DNA of 62,786 nucleotides, filler included, from Klebsormidium nitens (taxonomy: Eukaryota; Plantae; Klebsormidiophyceae), in assembly GCA_000708835.1 (NCBI GenBank). It is 6 parts of 6 records of this genome, joined end to end, with 100 filler letters (N's around TTAATTAATTAA, not from the genome) between each part and the next. Parts side by side here need not be neighbours in the genome. Positions count along the whole stretch, not along the records: positions 22,260 to 39,133 come from DF237707.1; positions 39,234 to 53,620 come from DF238062.1; 4 more parts are not named here. One strand, 5' to 3'. This document shows, in pieces, positions 35,201-48,190 of the stretch. The stretch's first letter is position 1. Each line of letters starts with the position of its first letter. The notes under the pieces are model-generated. The model searched no databases, was not told the DNA's origin, and worked only from the letters and a program-made list of their open reading frames with translations. The position numbers and the translations under genes are program-made.

Positions 35201-38200
35201 GGCCCGGTCTTGTGGTCGGTGATCCACGTGGCGGGCCAGGGGGCGAAACTGGGGGTCTGCGTAGAGACGGACAAGGCTCAGCGGAGCGTGTTCGTGTACA
35301 CTCTTTCCAGGGAGGGGGAGCAGAGCGAATGGAAAGTGGACGTAGCAGGGGAGATTGCGGGCACCGTTCGGGCGTCCGAAGATCCGGAGCAGGTGAGCGG
35401 ATTGTCTTGCATCTGGTTTTCAGGCATCCTTGGTGCTTGGACTGGACGCTCGGCCACTTTCCAGGATTTCGATGGAAATTAATGACGTGTCTGGTCCACT
35501 CAATGCCGTTTCCATGTAGTGTGTATGCTTCCCAGCATTTGTGGGATTCATTCTGCACCGAGACAAAGCACTGTCGTCACCGATCTTGTCAGTTGACGCG
35601 TATGCAACCCTGTCTCGAGGTTCAAGCACGGTCTCTTTTGCAGCATGGTCAGAAAGATTAGGAAATGAGCACACTGGTCTCTTATCCCTCCAATAGCTCA
35701 TTTGTCCGGGTATGCATCTGAGGACTGTGCCTGATGACGCAGGTCGCATCGTCTGGCCCCTTCCTTCAGTTCTCGCCGGACGGAGACGTCCTGGTCCTCA
35801 TAGACGCCCTCGCCTTCCAGGAGCTTAGGTAAGTCAGGGCAGCTGAGTCATTTGGACTTCTCCTTCTGTGGCGTCGCGTCAAGTTGAGTAAGGGAGCGAG
35901 TATATGCGGGCGTGGGTTTTCTTATGGTCTAACCCGAAAACCTGCGAATGCCGCATGCAAGAGACCCTGCCTTCGCTCGTTGTGCTGTTCCAGTTCAAAT
36001 AGAAAATAAGGCAGTAAACATCGGTCCATATTACGCCCATCCTTTCCAACATTCCTGAGGAACAGTCTCCGCAAGTAACTTCTGTTCGCCAATTTACATC
36101 GACATTCCCATCTTTGCCTCTGAACTGCAGCCCTGCTGAAGCAGCAAGCAAGAGGCCCTGTCTCCGCCTGGTGTCGCTCGTCGAGCAACGGCCGCAGCTG
36201 CTCGCCCGGCTGGATTGCGGGTCCACCAGCAGCAGCCTGCTCGTGACGGGGCCTCGCACGCTTGCGGCGGGAATGCAGCAGGGGGCGGTTGACTGCTGGA
36301 CCATGAAGCCTGACTGGCAGTAAGCGTCGGCTAGCACGATTTGTCTCTGCTTTAATACACGAACTGGTCCTCAATGAACCAACGAAAGCAAGCAGATATC
36401 GACTCGCTTCTCTTCGTGATTCAGGCATTTGTGGACCGAGAAGACTCTGGCAAAAGACGAGAAGGTACTCAGGACGGAAAGGCAGCTTTCGTACAAACTG
36501 TGGGAGTAAAGGAAAGCTTTCCTGGCTGGTAAGAGGGGGTGGTCACTCAAGGTCCTCAATGCGCGGAAGATACTCAAATAGCCGTTGCACTTCCTTTTTG
36601 TGATCCTACGGCGAATTCAAAATGTTGTCTCTTCGTCCTTGTGCAGCTCCTCAGAGGAAAAGTGGACCCTCCCGGTGGCGCGCTACCGGGGCGTCACGTT
36701 CCCTGCCATCAATCACCTGCTGAGCATTCCCGGGAGGCCCGACCAACTCCTGGGGTGTTCGGAGAACGGCTCCTTCGCCATCTGGTGAGCAGATTCTGCT
36801 ACAGAGTGGAAGTCGAGCGCAGTCGAAGCCACCCTGGCAAGGATCTGTTGCTGACTGCACTCGAAACATCATAGAGATTTGATTCTGGAAGCCGGCTAGA
36901 AAGAGTCGAATGACCGGATGCGGAGTCGGCGAAGTGAGTCCGACTGCTGGCCTAACTTTCACCCGTGGCAGGCCCAGCAAGTGATTGCTTGGAAGGTTGC
37001 GCCGCTTCCGGATGTTCCAATCGCATCGGCTGAGTGTCAAATTCTTGGAGATGCGGAATCTGAGAAGCGGAATCCGTAAAGGAAGGACTTCAAGCTTCGA
37101 CTGTTCCCGGGAACAATACCAGCCCGGAATGTATTGACCTCAACCTTTTTCACATTTCTCAGGGACGTCCGCGCTCGTACCTTGCTGTCCACGTGTCACT
37201 CGATGCACTACCTCGCGGCCTCAGCGGCCGTCCTCAGCGGTCCGGTGCTTCTCCCGAGGGAGCCAGTTCGCGTTGTTCATGCCGGAGCGCCAATTCACAC
37301 CACAGCGGAAGTGCACCCACAAGCGGAGGAGGCGGACAGTGTGAAGCCCCTCTGCTTGCTGCTCCGAGCGACGGCCCGGGGGGACCCGGAGAAGGGCGCC
37401 GTTTGCCTGCCTGCCCTGTTGAACGGCGACGAGATAGTCGTAGGGAAGGAGCTTCTGGTCGCCAAAAGGTGCGTCTCTTTGTCATCCCGGTCGTGAGACC
37501 GTTGGGATGAGTACTCGTCCGTGACTTAGGCCGCTTCAGGATTGGGTGAGAGAAATCGAATGGGCATTTTACCGGCTGCTGCACACAGCCTTCCGGCCCT
37601 CTCATAATCTAAGACAGGAGTACAGTCGCCGGTTTGTGGCAGCCTGATCCCCGTTGCAGAATTACAAACAAGGGTTCAGGGGGGATGTCTGGCTCCTCAA
37701 GAAGATGCATGCTTTTACCGCATGCTTTGAACGTGTTATTAAGCACAAGGCATTGAGTCACTATTGTATCTCGAAGTTGGTTTTAATCTTTGAATCTGAC
37801 CTGCCTTACTGTCAGACCAGTCTTCCCAGAGAAACCTCTAGCCTACCTATTTTCCCGATCTCTTACCGTCTCTTTGAGAGCAATCCTAGTTCATGTCCTG
37901 TCGGTGTCATCGGATTGACTTCGATGTAGAGTCAGGCCATCTGTGGTCAGATCCTGCTTGCGTCAAGCTTCGCTTTCTCATTCCTCAACTGGTTCTTGCA
38001 GAGCCGTCCACGTGGCAACCCTGGGAGCGTCCGGGGTGGCAGCAGACGGTGAGGGGCGCGCCCTCCTTTGGGACGCACCGACCGGGCGGACGGTCGCCGG
38101 CCTTAAACTTCCCGAAGGTCAGCGCTCCACACTAATCTTTCACTGGGGGACTATTAAGGCGGCTTGCTGAGGCGTTGCGGAAACGTTTGTACTCGCTACT

Positions 38201-38750
38201 GTCTGCGGCTTGTGTTTCGGATCTGCAAACACCGGTTTCTGACATCGCTACCCGAAAAACCTTTTGCTGAGTCCTGCGAAGTTCGCTGCTGGACACAAAC
38301 CCGCTTTGCGATCTCCTTTCCAACTGTTGTGGTCTGAATGCTGCATCCAAAGCTTGCGGGTGTCGCGGAGTGTTCTTGTCTTGCGGCAACGAACGATTGG
38401 CTGGAACTGCGCGTCATCAGCATTACAAGTATGGTTCGCTTAGAGGAGCTAGGGTGCATCTGCATTCTTTCGGCGGGTAATGCCGTCAGAGGCAAGGGCT
38501 TTCTTGCCAACAACACCACGCTGGACTCCGTCAAAGTCGAGGGACAGGCAATAAGGCTTGCTTCCGGTACCTCGTCGATATGGATACTTCCCGTCTTCTG
38601 GAGTCTCACCATAGAGCATCTTACGTTTGCGGCGCAGGCGCACGAGTATCCTGTCTTTCCACGCACGGTGGAGCGGGAATTTTGGCTGTTGGCTGTCAAG
38701 CCGGCCAGCTCATCATATACTGTCGATGTGAAGTTCCTGCGGAAGAGTAG
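29285..38750 (+). CDS. FYRN/FYRC-domain protein with long disordered middle and C-terminal WD40-like region (At1g26330-like)
   Basis: Exons 29285-29377 (EIVVTALGELYSGPNERRYWSSKR), 29612-29719 (GRDRYPYPVGYQATR..GPDF), 30126-30242, 30565-31170 (IFGF..YLQDLV), 31718-35392, 35770-35828 (FSPDGDVLVL), 36131-36319, 36647-36784 (GSFAIW), 37163-37468, 38002-38117 (LLWDAPTG), 38638-38750 (VSCLS..GQLIIYC..*). One or more small exons between 31170 and 31718 may be missed. Confidence 0.85.
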
Positions 38751-39239
38751 ATCAGCAACTCTGCTGCACATCGCGGATGTCCAATTGCAGGTTCGGTGTT
38801 GGTGACGCTTGTCCTGTAGTCGAGCTACAATTGAAGCTTATAAGGTCATGTCTTTCATTGATGTCAAAAGCGCATGCAAAGGAAAGGTCTTCCACGGCTA
38901 GTTCTATTGTGTCGTACTACCGAGGGTTGTTGCAGACAAGGTAACTCTCATGGGACCAAGGTTGCATATGCTCAACCGATTGCTCGCGAAATCCCATTCG
39001 TCTTCATCGTCTTTGACCGCTTCGAAGGTCCTGTCGCTTGACCAGCCGAGTCCTGCCGTGGTGATGTTTGCGTCGAAGCTTCCTCGTGGCATGTGGCACC
39101 GGTGTGTGTGCACCGGGCACTGCGCACTTTTGANNNNNNNNNNNNNNNNNNNNNNNNNNNNNNNNNNNNNNNNNNNNTTAATTAATTAANNNNNNNNNNN
39201 NNNNNNNNNNNNNNNNNNNNNNNNNNNNNNNNNCTGCGC

Positions 39240-42201
39240 AGGGATGGCCTAGGTGGAAAGTTGAAGTACTTATCTCCAACAGTGCTTCCCTTCGGTCTCA
39301 CTAACGCCCTGGCTGTGTTCATGGACTTGATGCACAAAATCTTTCACGATCTGCTGGACCGAGGCGTCGTCATTTTCCTTGATGACATACTCATTTATTC
39401 CAAATCTGCAGAAGAACACGAGCGACTCCTCCGCAAAGTTTTCACCCGCCTCCGTACCCACAAACTCTACGCCAAGGAGTCCAAGTGCGAGCTGTGGCGT
39501 ACAGAAGTCACCTTCCTCGGCCACGTCATCAACAAGGACGGCGTCAGCATGGAAGCCTCCGAGGTCGACGCAGTTAATGCGTGGCCTCAGCCGCAAGATC
39601 CGGGCGACATTCGCTCGTTTCTCGGCCTTGCTGGTTTCTACCGTCGATTTGTCCACCGCTTCTCACAGATCGCCGCTCTGCTCATTGACCTGTTAGTTAA
39701 GGACACTCCGTTTGTCTGGACTGACCGCCATTCTCACGCGTTCCGCTCACCTAAGTACGCCCTAACCCACGCACCCATCCTCCGCCCTTACGACCCTTCG
39801 CTTCCCTGTACGGTCGATCTCGATGCATCGGATTTTGCGGTGGGAGGGGTACTGTTGCAGGGTACGGACAGCGAACTTCTGCCGGTCGCGTTTGAATCCA
39901 AGCGGCTCAACCGAGCTGAGCGGAACTACTCCGCACGCGACTAGGAACAGCCAGCCCTTGTGCACGCCACGCACAAATGGCGTCATTAACTTCTTGGACG
40001 CCCGGTCACTGTGCGCACTAATCACCGACCACTTATTTTCCTTCTCAGGCTCGAGTTCATGAAGTCCAGGCATCACCGGTGGGAAGAACAGCTTGCCCGA
40101 TTCAACCTCGCACTGGTGTACCGGGAAGGGCGTCTTAACATTGTACCAGACGCACTGTCCCGCCGCCCTGACCATAAGGCGGAACCCCCGCTTAACCAGC
40201 CCGTCTTAGCCGCAGTGTCCACTGTTATCCCTGACCCTTACTGTCCGCCAGGCCATCACCACTGACCCATTCGCACAGACCGCTATCTCCGCCATGCTCT
40301 CCGCTGACACTGCCTACGCGACCTTCTCGCTTAACGATGGGTTGCTTTTTGAGCCTGACCGCCTGTACATTCCTCCAGTTCCCACGCTCCGTACACGCGT
40401 CCTCAAGGAACACCACGACTGCCAAGCGTCCGGACACTTCGGCATGGACAGAACGGAGGATCTGGTCGGTAGATCCTTCTGCTGGCCAGATCTCTAGCGC
40501 GATGTCCGCCGCTATATCCGGAGCTGCCCGCAATGCCAGGCCAACAAACCCAGCAACCGACGGCCGGGTTACTCCAACCACTCCGAGTCCCTCCTGAGCC
40601 AGCGCTGGGAACAAATCACCATGGATTTGATTCTCGGGCTGCCAAAAACCACGCGTGGCCACTCTGGCATTGTGGTTTTTGTCGATCGCTTGTCGAAGCA
40701 GATCTTGNNNNNNNNNNNNNNNNNNNNNNNNNNNNNNNNNNNNNNNNNNNNNNNNNNNNNNNNNNNNNNNNNNNNNNNNNNNNNNNNNNNNNNNNNNNNN
40801 NNNNNNNNNNNNNNNNNNNNNNNNNNNNNNNNNNNNNNNNNNNNNNNNNNNNNNNNNNNNNNNNNNNNNNNNNNNNNNNNNNNNNNNNNNNNNNNNNNNN
40901 NNNNNNNNNNNNNNNNNNNNNNNNNNNNNNNNNNNNNNNNNNNNNNNNNNNNNNNNNNNNNNNNNNNNNNNNNNNNNNNNNNNNNNNNNNNNNNNNNNNN
41001 NNNNNNNNNNNNNNNNNNNNNNNNNNNNNNNNNNNNNNNNNNNNNNNNNNNNNNNNNNNNNNNNNNNNNNNNNNNNNNNNNNNNNNNNNNNNNNNNNNNN
41101 NNNNNNNNNNNNNNNGGATTTGATTCTCGGGCTGCCAAAAACCACGCGTGGCCACTCTGGCATTGTGGTTTTTGTCGATCGCTTGTCGAAGCAGATCTTG
41201 CTTGCTCCAGTCGGAGATGACACCACAGCACCTGTCATTGCGAGTCGCATATATTTGGACACTGTCTTCCGCCATAAGAACCTGTCCAGACACATCCACT
41301 CAGACCGGGACCCCCGATTTACTTCTCACTTTTGGCGCACCCTTTTCAAGTTACTCGGCTCCAATGTCACCCATGGGCCATACAACCGCCTCCCACCCCG
41401 AGTCTGACGGCCAAACCGAGCGCGCCAACCGGGTTGTCGAAGAAGTCCTACGCCACTACGTCCACGCCCGGCACACTGACTGGGACGTTCACCTCACCCC
41501 GGTGGAATTCTCCTACAAATAATTCCAAACAGGCCTCCACCGGTTACTCTCCCTTCTTCCTAACCACTGGCCAACACCCCCTCACACGTGACCCGGTTCG
41601 CTCCTCAAACCACCCTCCTCCGACATTCCCGCAGTCGACTCCTTCCTCCAAACCATCGCCACCGCCCTTGACCATTCCAAAACTCTCCTCGCCCTCGCCC
41701 AAAACCGCCAAAAACAATACGCTGACACACGCCGCCGCCCTCTTATCCTTCACGCCGGGGACCAGGTCTACCTGTCCACCTCTAACCTATCCCTCCCCGG
41801 CCGGACACAGGTCCGCAAACTTTCCCAAAATATATATCGGTCCCTTCCCCGTCCAACAGGTCATCTCTGAAACCCCTTACAAACTCCAGCTCCCAGACCA
41901 CATGCGCATCCATCCCGTCTTCCACGTGTCCCAATTCAAACCCTTCACTCCAAACGATGACGCCACTTTTCCAGACTGAAATCCCCCGCCACCTCCTCCA
42001 GTAATGACAAACACAAGCCCAACACACCCCATCGAGCAAATCATCGGTTTCCGCGAACTGCGCCGCGGAAATCGCACAAAACTCCAGTACCTCGTCACCT
42101 TCCGGAACCTCCCACTCCACGAAGCCCGCTGGGTTGACTCCGCCCTGGTCGAAGAACAGGCTGGCAACGAGGACGTTGCCGATGATTCGAGGGGGGGCTA
42201 G
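39240..42201 (+). mobile_element. Decayed Ty3/gypsy (chromovirus) pol: RT, RNase H, integrase, chromodomain, PPT
   Basis: LPFGLTNA, VIFLDDILIYS, FLGHVI, IRSFLGLAGFYRRF, DASDFAVGGVL, RNYS; NIVPDALSR; GHFGMDRT; MDLILGLP, HSDRDPRFTS, HPESDGQTERANR; chromodomain PIEQIIGFR..QYLVTFRNLPLHEARWV (42004-42201); polypurine GAGGGGGGG at 42189-42197. Many stops and frameshifts. Confidence 0.92.
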
Positions 42202-43895
42202 CTGCAACACGTGGCAGCTTGGTATCCTTTTTTGATGATTATAAGCCGTCGATCATAATCTTGACTTATCTTGCGCTTTCATCCTTAAGCCATAACGGCT
42301 AATTATCCATTAGGAACGTTGAGACTCTTGCTGCACATTCTTGCTTATGTTGACCAATCTGCACATGGCTGCCGTGAGCTCGGATCTGAGGATCTGAGGA
42401 TCCGAGCTCAACCTATGAATGGTAAATGTCTTCACCTTCAGGGCTCATTCTTGGATTCCTGGAATTCTTGAAAGTTGACCAGAGCCTTGCTTTCTTCTTT
42501 AGACACTTATCAGCCAGTCTATGCCTTGTAAAAATCAGAGCTTTTCCTAGTAAAAATAGCTTCCGATTACACAATTAGTTAAAATTTGAGGCTCAGATCA
42601 GCCTACGGTCGGCCACGCGGACAGAACTTATGGTGACGGCCTACGGGATCCGACGTGGAACTTTGGCGGCGTCGGAACTAGGCCACTTCTGACAATTAGA
42701 TGCCTTATTGGCATGCACCATGCCAAGCAATCAATTATGGTCATGCCATAGTCTCAGGCTTGCAAGATAATGCTGTCCGTGAACGTCATGTCAATGACTA
42801 AGCATACTTATCTTGCACTCTACGAACTATTCGGTGGCTTGACTCCACATTGAGGATTGTATACATCTAGGTCATTTATCTTTCTAAACTTTCAAATCTT
42901 TCAAGTTTCCAAATTTCCAAATTTGTTTGATCGCCAAAATTTTCTCGAAAATTTGTTTTTTATTTGTTTTTCCCATTTGTACTTCAAAAGTGGAAAATGT
43001 TTTCAGCAATAATAAATTGTTGACGTCAGCAAGAATGACGTCAGCAAAACGTACCTTTTGTCATGCATGTGTATGACATGCTGCGGCGATGCTAACGGGT
43101 TCTATACGATCAACGTGCCACTCGACGGCACTTGGGGTGCACTTGTAATTGTAATGGTTGGGCTCTTAGAGATGTAGACCTTCCGCCACCCCGGTGGCTT
43201 CAAATTGACTGCAACTGCAAGTTGAAGCCTCCGCAACTTCAAGTCAAAGCCACCGACCCGGGTGAAGATATATAGTTTTGCATCGGTGCGGCTGCACGTC
43301 ATCTACGTTATGCCGTGGCCCCCGGTTCAATGGAGCATAAGTTGAGGCCGGGGACGCTTTACCGGCCCTGCTCAAAGTAATATTCGCCGGCCTCAAGCTT
43401 CCTAGGTATAAGCGCAGGGTATAAGTCACTTGACCCCGCATGCAACATCGGTCAAGAGGGCGTGGGTTTTTGGACCGATCCGGCTGAAGAGGGCAGCGCC
43501 TATACCAGGCATGGCCCGCCCTATCATATCACGTGGTCGCAACTCCGCATATGGGCAGAATATGCGAGCCTCGATTGGGCCTGTAATATCGGGTCATCAG
43601 TTGTGCACCGACGAACTGATGTGGGGCAGGCTCAGCGGCGTATAGAAACAATACACCCATAGCTTATCCAATCTTGCTGAATGTATGTACACACAACCAA
43701 CGTACACGGTGTGCACTTTTCTGTGCGAACCGTGTTGGTACCGTAGGCACAGCCGGCTTGCCTATCTACCCGGTGTAACCGTTTATATACCTATATAGAT
43801 ATACATATGTACGTATATAGACATACTCTCTTCCCCCTAAAACCCCTTCTTCATCCCTCATTTCTTCACTTTCCTGCCACGTCATCAACCCCCAC

Positions 43896-46800
43896 TTTTA
43901 GGTACAGGCCAGGACTAAACATCACTGACTTTGTTGGGGTCAGGGTTCGCCCTGACCCCAACAAAGTCAGTGATGTTTAGTACGTATGTACCGGGCATTT
44001 ACAATGTTTAAGGCATATTGTAAATGCCCGGTGCATTTACAATATGCCTTAAATACTGAATCTTAGTCTGAGCGAAGCGGGACTTAGCCTTTGTCACGTA
44101 AAACTGCTCGCGACGCAGAACATTCAAAACAAGACGCATGTGCGCTTGATGCTCTCCCTCACACTTCGAAAAGATCAGAATGTCGTCTAAACACACAACG
44201 ACAAACTTCTTCAAATACGGCGCAAAAATCGAGTTCATAACCGTCTAAATGTCGCCGGAGCATTTGTCAGACCCTCGATCAACACATTAAACTGAACGTG
44301 TCCAAAGACGTACAGAAAGCTGTCTTCGGACGATCATCCTCCGAGATTAAAATCCGATGATACCCAGATGTCAGATAAAGGGAAGTGAAATACTGCGAAC
44401 CACTCACAACATCCAACAGATCGTCAATGCGAGGAATCATACAACGATTCTTCTCAGTTTTCGAGTTTAGTGCTCGATAATCCACACACAGACGAAGATC
44501 ACGCCCCTTAGGCTTAGAGACAAACAACACAGGCGCACCGTACAGAGACTGGGAAACTTCCAGGATTCCAGCCTTGAGAAACGCGGTGACCTGCTTTTCC
44601 AACTCAGTCACGATATTCCAATGGAGATAAGCGGTACATCTGCCGAAACGTATGAGGATGAATTGGCTCGCTAGGAATATAGTGACCTTCAGCACGCTCA
44701 GGAGGCAGACCAACCGGAAGAGGATCCTGAAGAACTCCGGTTCATTGAACAGATCAGAAACCCGTTTCTTCTCACTTGAGACTGGGTTGCTCGGTTGGAC
44801 AGGTTGGACGGTTGGCTCAGACAGTGTAGTGGCATGATCTGGGTTGTCCACAGCCACGGAGCCAGCTACAGCAGCGGTAGAACACGAGGCGGCGTTATGG
44901 TCAATTGGCTTCAACGACGCCAAGTATACGCACGCTCCCTGCTTGACCAGCCGCTTCAACCGCGCGTGTGACAACACATCGGGATTAGACTGCTCATCAT
45001 CGCCAAAACGCGAACGAGGAAGAGCAGGACTACGAACAAACAAGTGTCTTTTCCCTTTCTAAATCATGACACAGCTTTTGCCATAATGCAAAATGCAGTT
45101 ATACCTGGTCATGAACTCATCACCCAGGATAAGATCAACCTCGAACAACAAGTTCATAACGAAGCAATTCACAGGCTTGTGAAACGCTCCAGACTCAACA
45201 TACACAATTGCCTCACCCAGAACCTCGCCAACAACATCATCAGCCAAACACGTGTACATTTTGAGCAGTAGGCCTTACCGTGATGCATGTCTGCTTAGCA
45301 AATTTGGCAGAGACGAAGTTTACTGACGCTCCGGAGTCAAAAAGAATGCTGGCCTTAGCCGCAGCTGCCGGCCTTACCAGAGAAAATCATACGTGGCAAC
45401 CTAGTTGAGCCCTTCCGCAAAGCTGCGAGAACCTTCACTGTCAAATTAAAGACCTGCTTCAGCAGACACTTTGTCAGCAACAGAAGCAAGATACATAACT
45501 CGCAACTTCTTAGGACTTCGCACAACAGACCACGTGTTATCTAACTGCTACTGACGAACCAACCCACCTTTCGGAACTGTCAGCACAACACGAAAGTCCT
45601 TTAAGAATGGCAATGCAACTGGCATGCTATCACGTACTAACACACAAGCGGACGTAGAAGTAGGGCGCTCAACAAACGCAGAATCCAAATGCCTAAGACG
45701 CTCGGTAACATCCTTGGCAGAATTCGCGAATTGTCCAAATATGCTTGCCTGTCATAGACGATGACAGAAAAGTGGAAATTAGGACATACATATGTGGAGA
45801 TGGAATCTTCTGAACGTTGAACTCCCCGTTCAAAGATACGACCAATAACATTTGAAATATTCACGAAGTCCTGCTCCTGCCCTGTCAAAACCAATACAGA
45901 GTTCTCTGGACTAGGTGACTGGCCTACGTTGCCTGGTCTTTTTGAAAACCCTTCTCCGACTTCTTGCCCTTCTTCTGAGCCTTGTTCTTGCTCTTGCTGG
46001 CGCTAGGAAGATTCTCCTCGCAATCACGGGCCGCGATATGCATGGCCAGGCTTGTGGCAGTTGTGGCACAAGCGATTCGCCATATCATTGGCATAAACCT
46101 CGTTCGTAAGAGCAGCCGATAAGTTGGCCTTGGACGAACGCCCCGAACAATCTCCGGACGACTTACGCATACCAGCTATCGACTTGGCAGGCTGGGAAGG
46201 TTTGCGCTTAGCCATACGTGCCTCCACAGTAGGCCACATCAAAGTCGCATACTCACCCAATGCATTGAGCGTAGCCCAACGCTGGCGAGTAGGAGACGTA
46301 CGACACATCTCCCTAAGATCAGGTTGAAGTCCATACCGATACCTCTCGATCTCGACAGCCTCATCAATGATCTCTTCACGGAGGTTAACCATGGCGTGCT
46401 CAAACTCAGTGTTGTACTCGTCAACACTCTTAGAGCCTTGGGACAATTTGTTCCAGGTATCCCAGTAAGACTGAACAGAGGTACATAAGCCATAGCCCCT
46501 GATCATCGTCTCGCGGAACAACCGACGTGCATCCGCCGGATACACTCCTCGGTTAGCAGCCCGATAAACCTCCCATTGGGACATCCAATAAGATGTCGGC
46601 TTCCCATTCAGGTAGGATGCTGCAATACGCAGGTAGTGGTCATTAGCAGTGGTAGCCAAATACTCCTCGATTATCGCCAACCAATGACGGATGTCAGGAC
46701 CACTGCTCTCTTGAATTTCGAACTTGGAGGGAGCAGAGGCCCTTACTGCTGCCTGGGCGTTATTAGCCCGAGCCGCAGCCGCCGCAACGATATTAGCCGC

Positions 46801-47285
46801 CGCAGCGATATTAGCCCGAGCATTGCCCAACTGATTAGTGAGACGTGCAATGCAGGCATTGTAACGCTCATCACGATGGGCCAACACGGCCACAATCATG
46901 ACAGGATTGTTCTCTGCCCCAAGAGCCAAAGTCTCGGCAACAATCATGGCAGGATCATTAGGCAGTGCATTTCAGTAAGCCTCAAACTGACCAACAATAC
47001 AGTTTGCAAAATTCGGCGGATACTAGAGGTGGCATCAGTGGGACGGATGGTGCAGCAGCAACAACGGCGGCGGCAGCAGCAGCAGCAGCAGCAGCCATAT
47101 TGATTCCCAACTCGGCAGAATTAACGACTGTGCCCTAATAGTACTCTTCACAGGAGTAACGTAAACCGACTGCGAGCTACCTCCCACAACCTGACTGTAA
47201 GAAGGGGCAAGTTCAACACTCCCCGAAGGCAAAACATGCACACTTTCCCAAATATCAGAGACAGCAGACTTGCTTCCCTGGTTCC
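43896..47285 (-). mobile_element. Truncated Ty3/gypsy copy A (gag, MTase-like insert, protease, RT), decayed
   Basis: gag 46947-46024 (SAPSKFE..GPDIRHWL, YRYGLQPDL, zinc knuckle CHNCHKPGH); protease ILFDSGASVNF near 45350; RT LRLCVDYRALN, PRIDDLLD, VVVCLDDILIFS. Similarity to copy B ends near 43896. Confidence 0.9.
43914..43981. repeat. Perfect 32-bp hairpin with 4-nt loop, inside the end of gypsy copy A
   Basis: ACTAAACATCACTGACTTTGTTGGGGTCAGGG-TTCG-CCCTGACCCCAACAAAGTCAGTGATGTTTAGT. Confidence 0.95.
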
Positions 47286-48190
47286 CGATGTGACAATTGG
47301 GCTATGGTTAATTAAGTCTAGCCGCACAATCGTACAAGTGTTAATCTTCGGGTTTTGCCAGTTTGCCGACGTGTTGGCATGTGGCCAGTACTGATGTGAC
47401 AAAAAAAAATTGTGATTATGTCACCAANNNNNNNNNNNNNNNNNNNNNNNNNNNNNNNNNNNNNNNNNNNNNNNNNNNNNNNNNNNNNNNNNNNNNNNNN
47501 NNNNNNNNNNNNNNNNNNNNNNNNNNNNNNNNNNNNNNNNNNNNNNNNNNNNNNNNNNNNNNNNNNNNNNNNNNNNNNNNNNNNNNNNNNNNNNNNNNNN
47601 NNNNNNNNNNNNNNNNNNNNNNNNNNNNNNNNNNNNNNNNNNNNNNNNNNNNNNNNNNNNNNNNNNNNNNNNNNNNNNNNNNNNNNNNNNNNNNNNNNNN
47701 NNNNNNNNNNNNNNNNNNNNNNNNNNNNNNNNNNNNNNNNNNNNNNNNNNNNNNNNNNNNNNNNNNNNNNNNNNNNNNNNNNNNNNNNNNNNNNNNNNNN
47801 NNNNNNNNNNNNNNNNNNNNNGTAAGCTACCTCAACAGCTGGACGGGGGACTTGGAAATGATTGGGTGCAGGCCTCGAGTGCGCTCGAGACTGCCCCTCC
47901 ATGATTCATGTCCAGACTTCACTGAATGCGAGCGAGGAACAGGACTTGGTTCGACTTGCGGGGATCATTCGAAGTGCGAATTCCCAACCAGCAAGCAGAA
48001 CTGCCTTAAGCTGAAAGACAACATTTTTACAGAGCAAGCGCCTTCGTCCGAAAAAGCCTGCAACCATGGTTTCTGCACATGGCTGCCGTGGGGAGGTTGC
48101 GAAGCCTTCTACCAGTACACTCAACCCGGAGGCTCTGGCGTATACTCCTACAAGCAAGGGGAAGGAGGAGATTTTGGGGACCAAGAAAGC

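Noticed and set aside
33055-35661. Long antisense and alternate-frame ORFs over the FYR gene giant exon (and similar ones over KDZ and FBN11 exons)
   Set aside because: Shadow ORFs expected in GC-rich coding sequence; no domain motifs.
40622-41198. Identical direct repeat of about 85 bp of integrase sequence either side of a gap (40622-40707 and 41116-41198)
   Set aside because: Most likely overlapping contig ends (negative gap), not a real duplication.
43099-43652. Possible short-TIR element (TTCTATACG ... CGTATAGAA)
   Set aside because: Only a 9-bp match and no TSD; could be chance.
47822-48190. Cys-rich reading frame upstream of gypsy copy B gag
   Set aside because: No recognisable domain, not shared with copy A, and it starts at a gap; probably 5' leader sequence.
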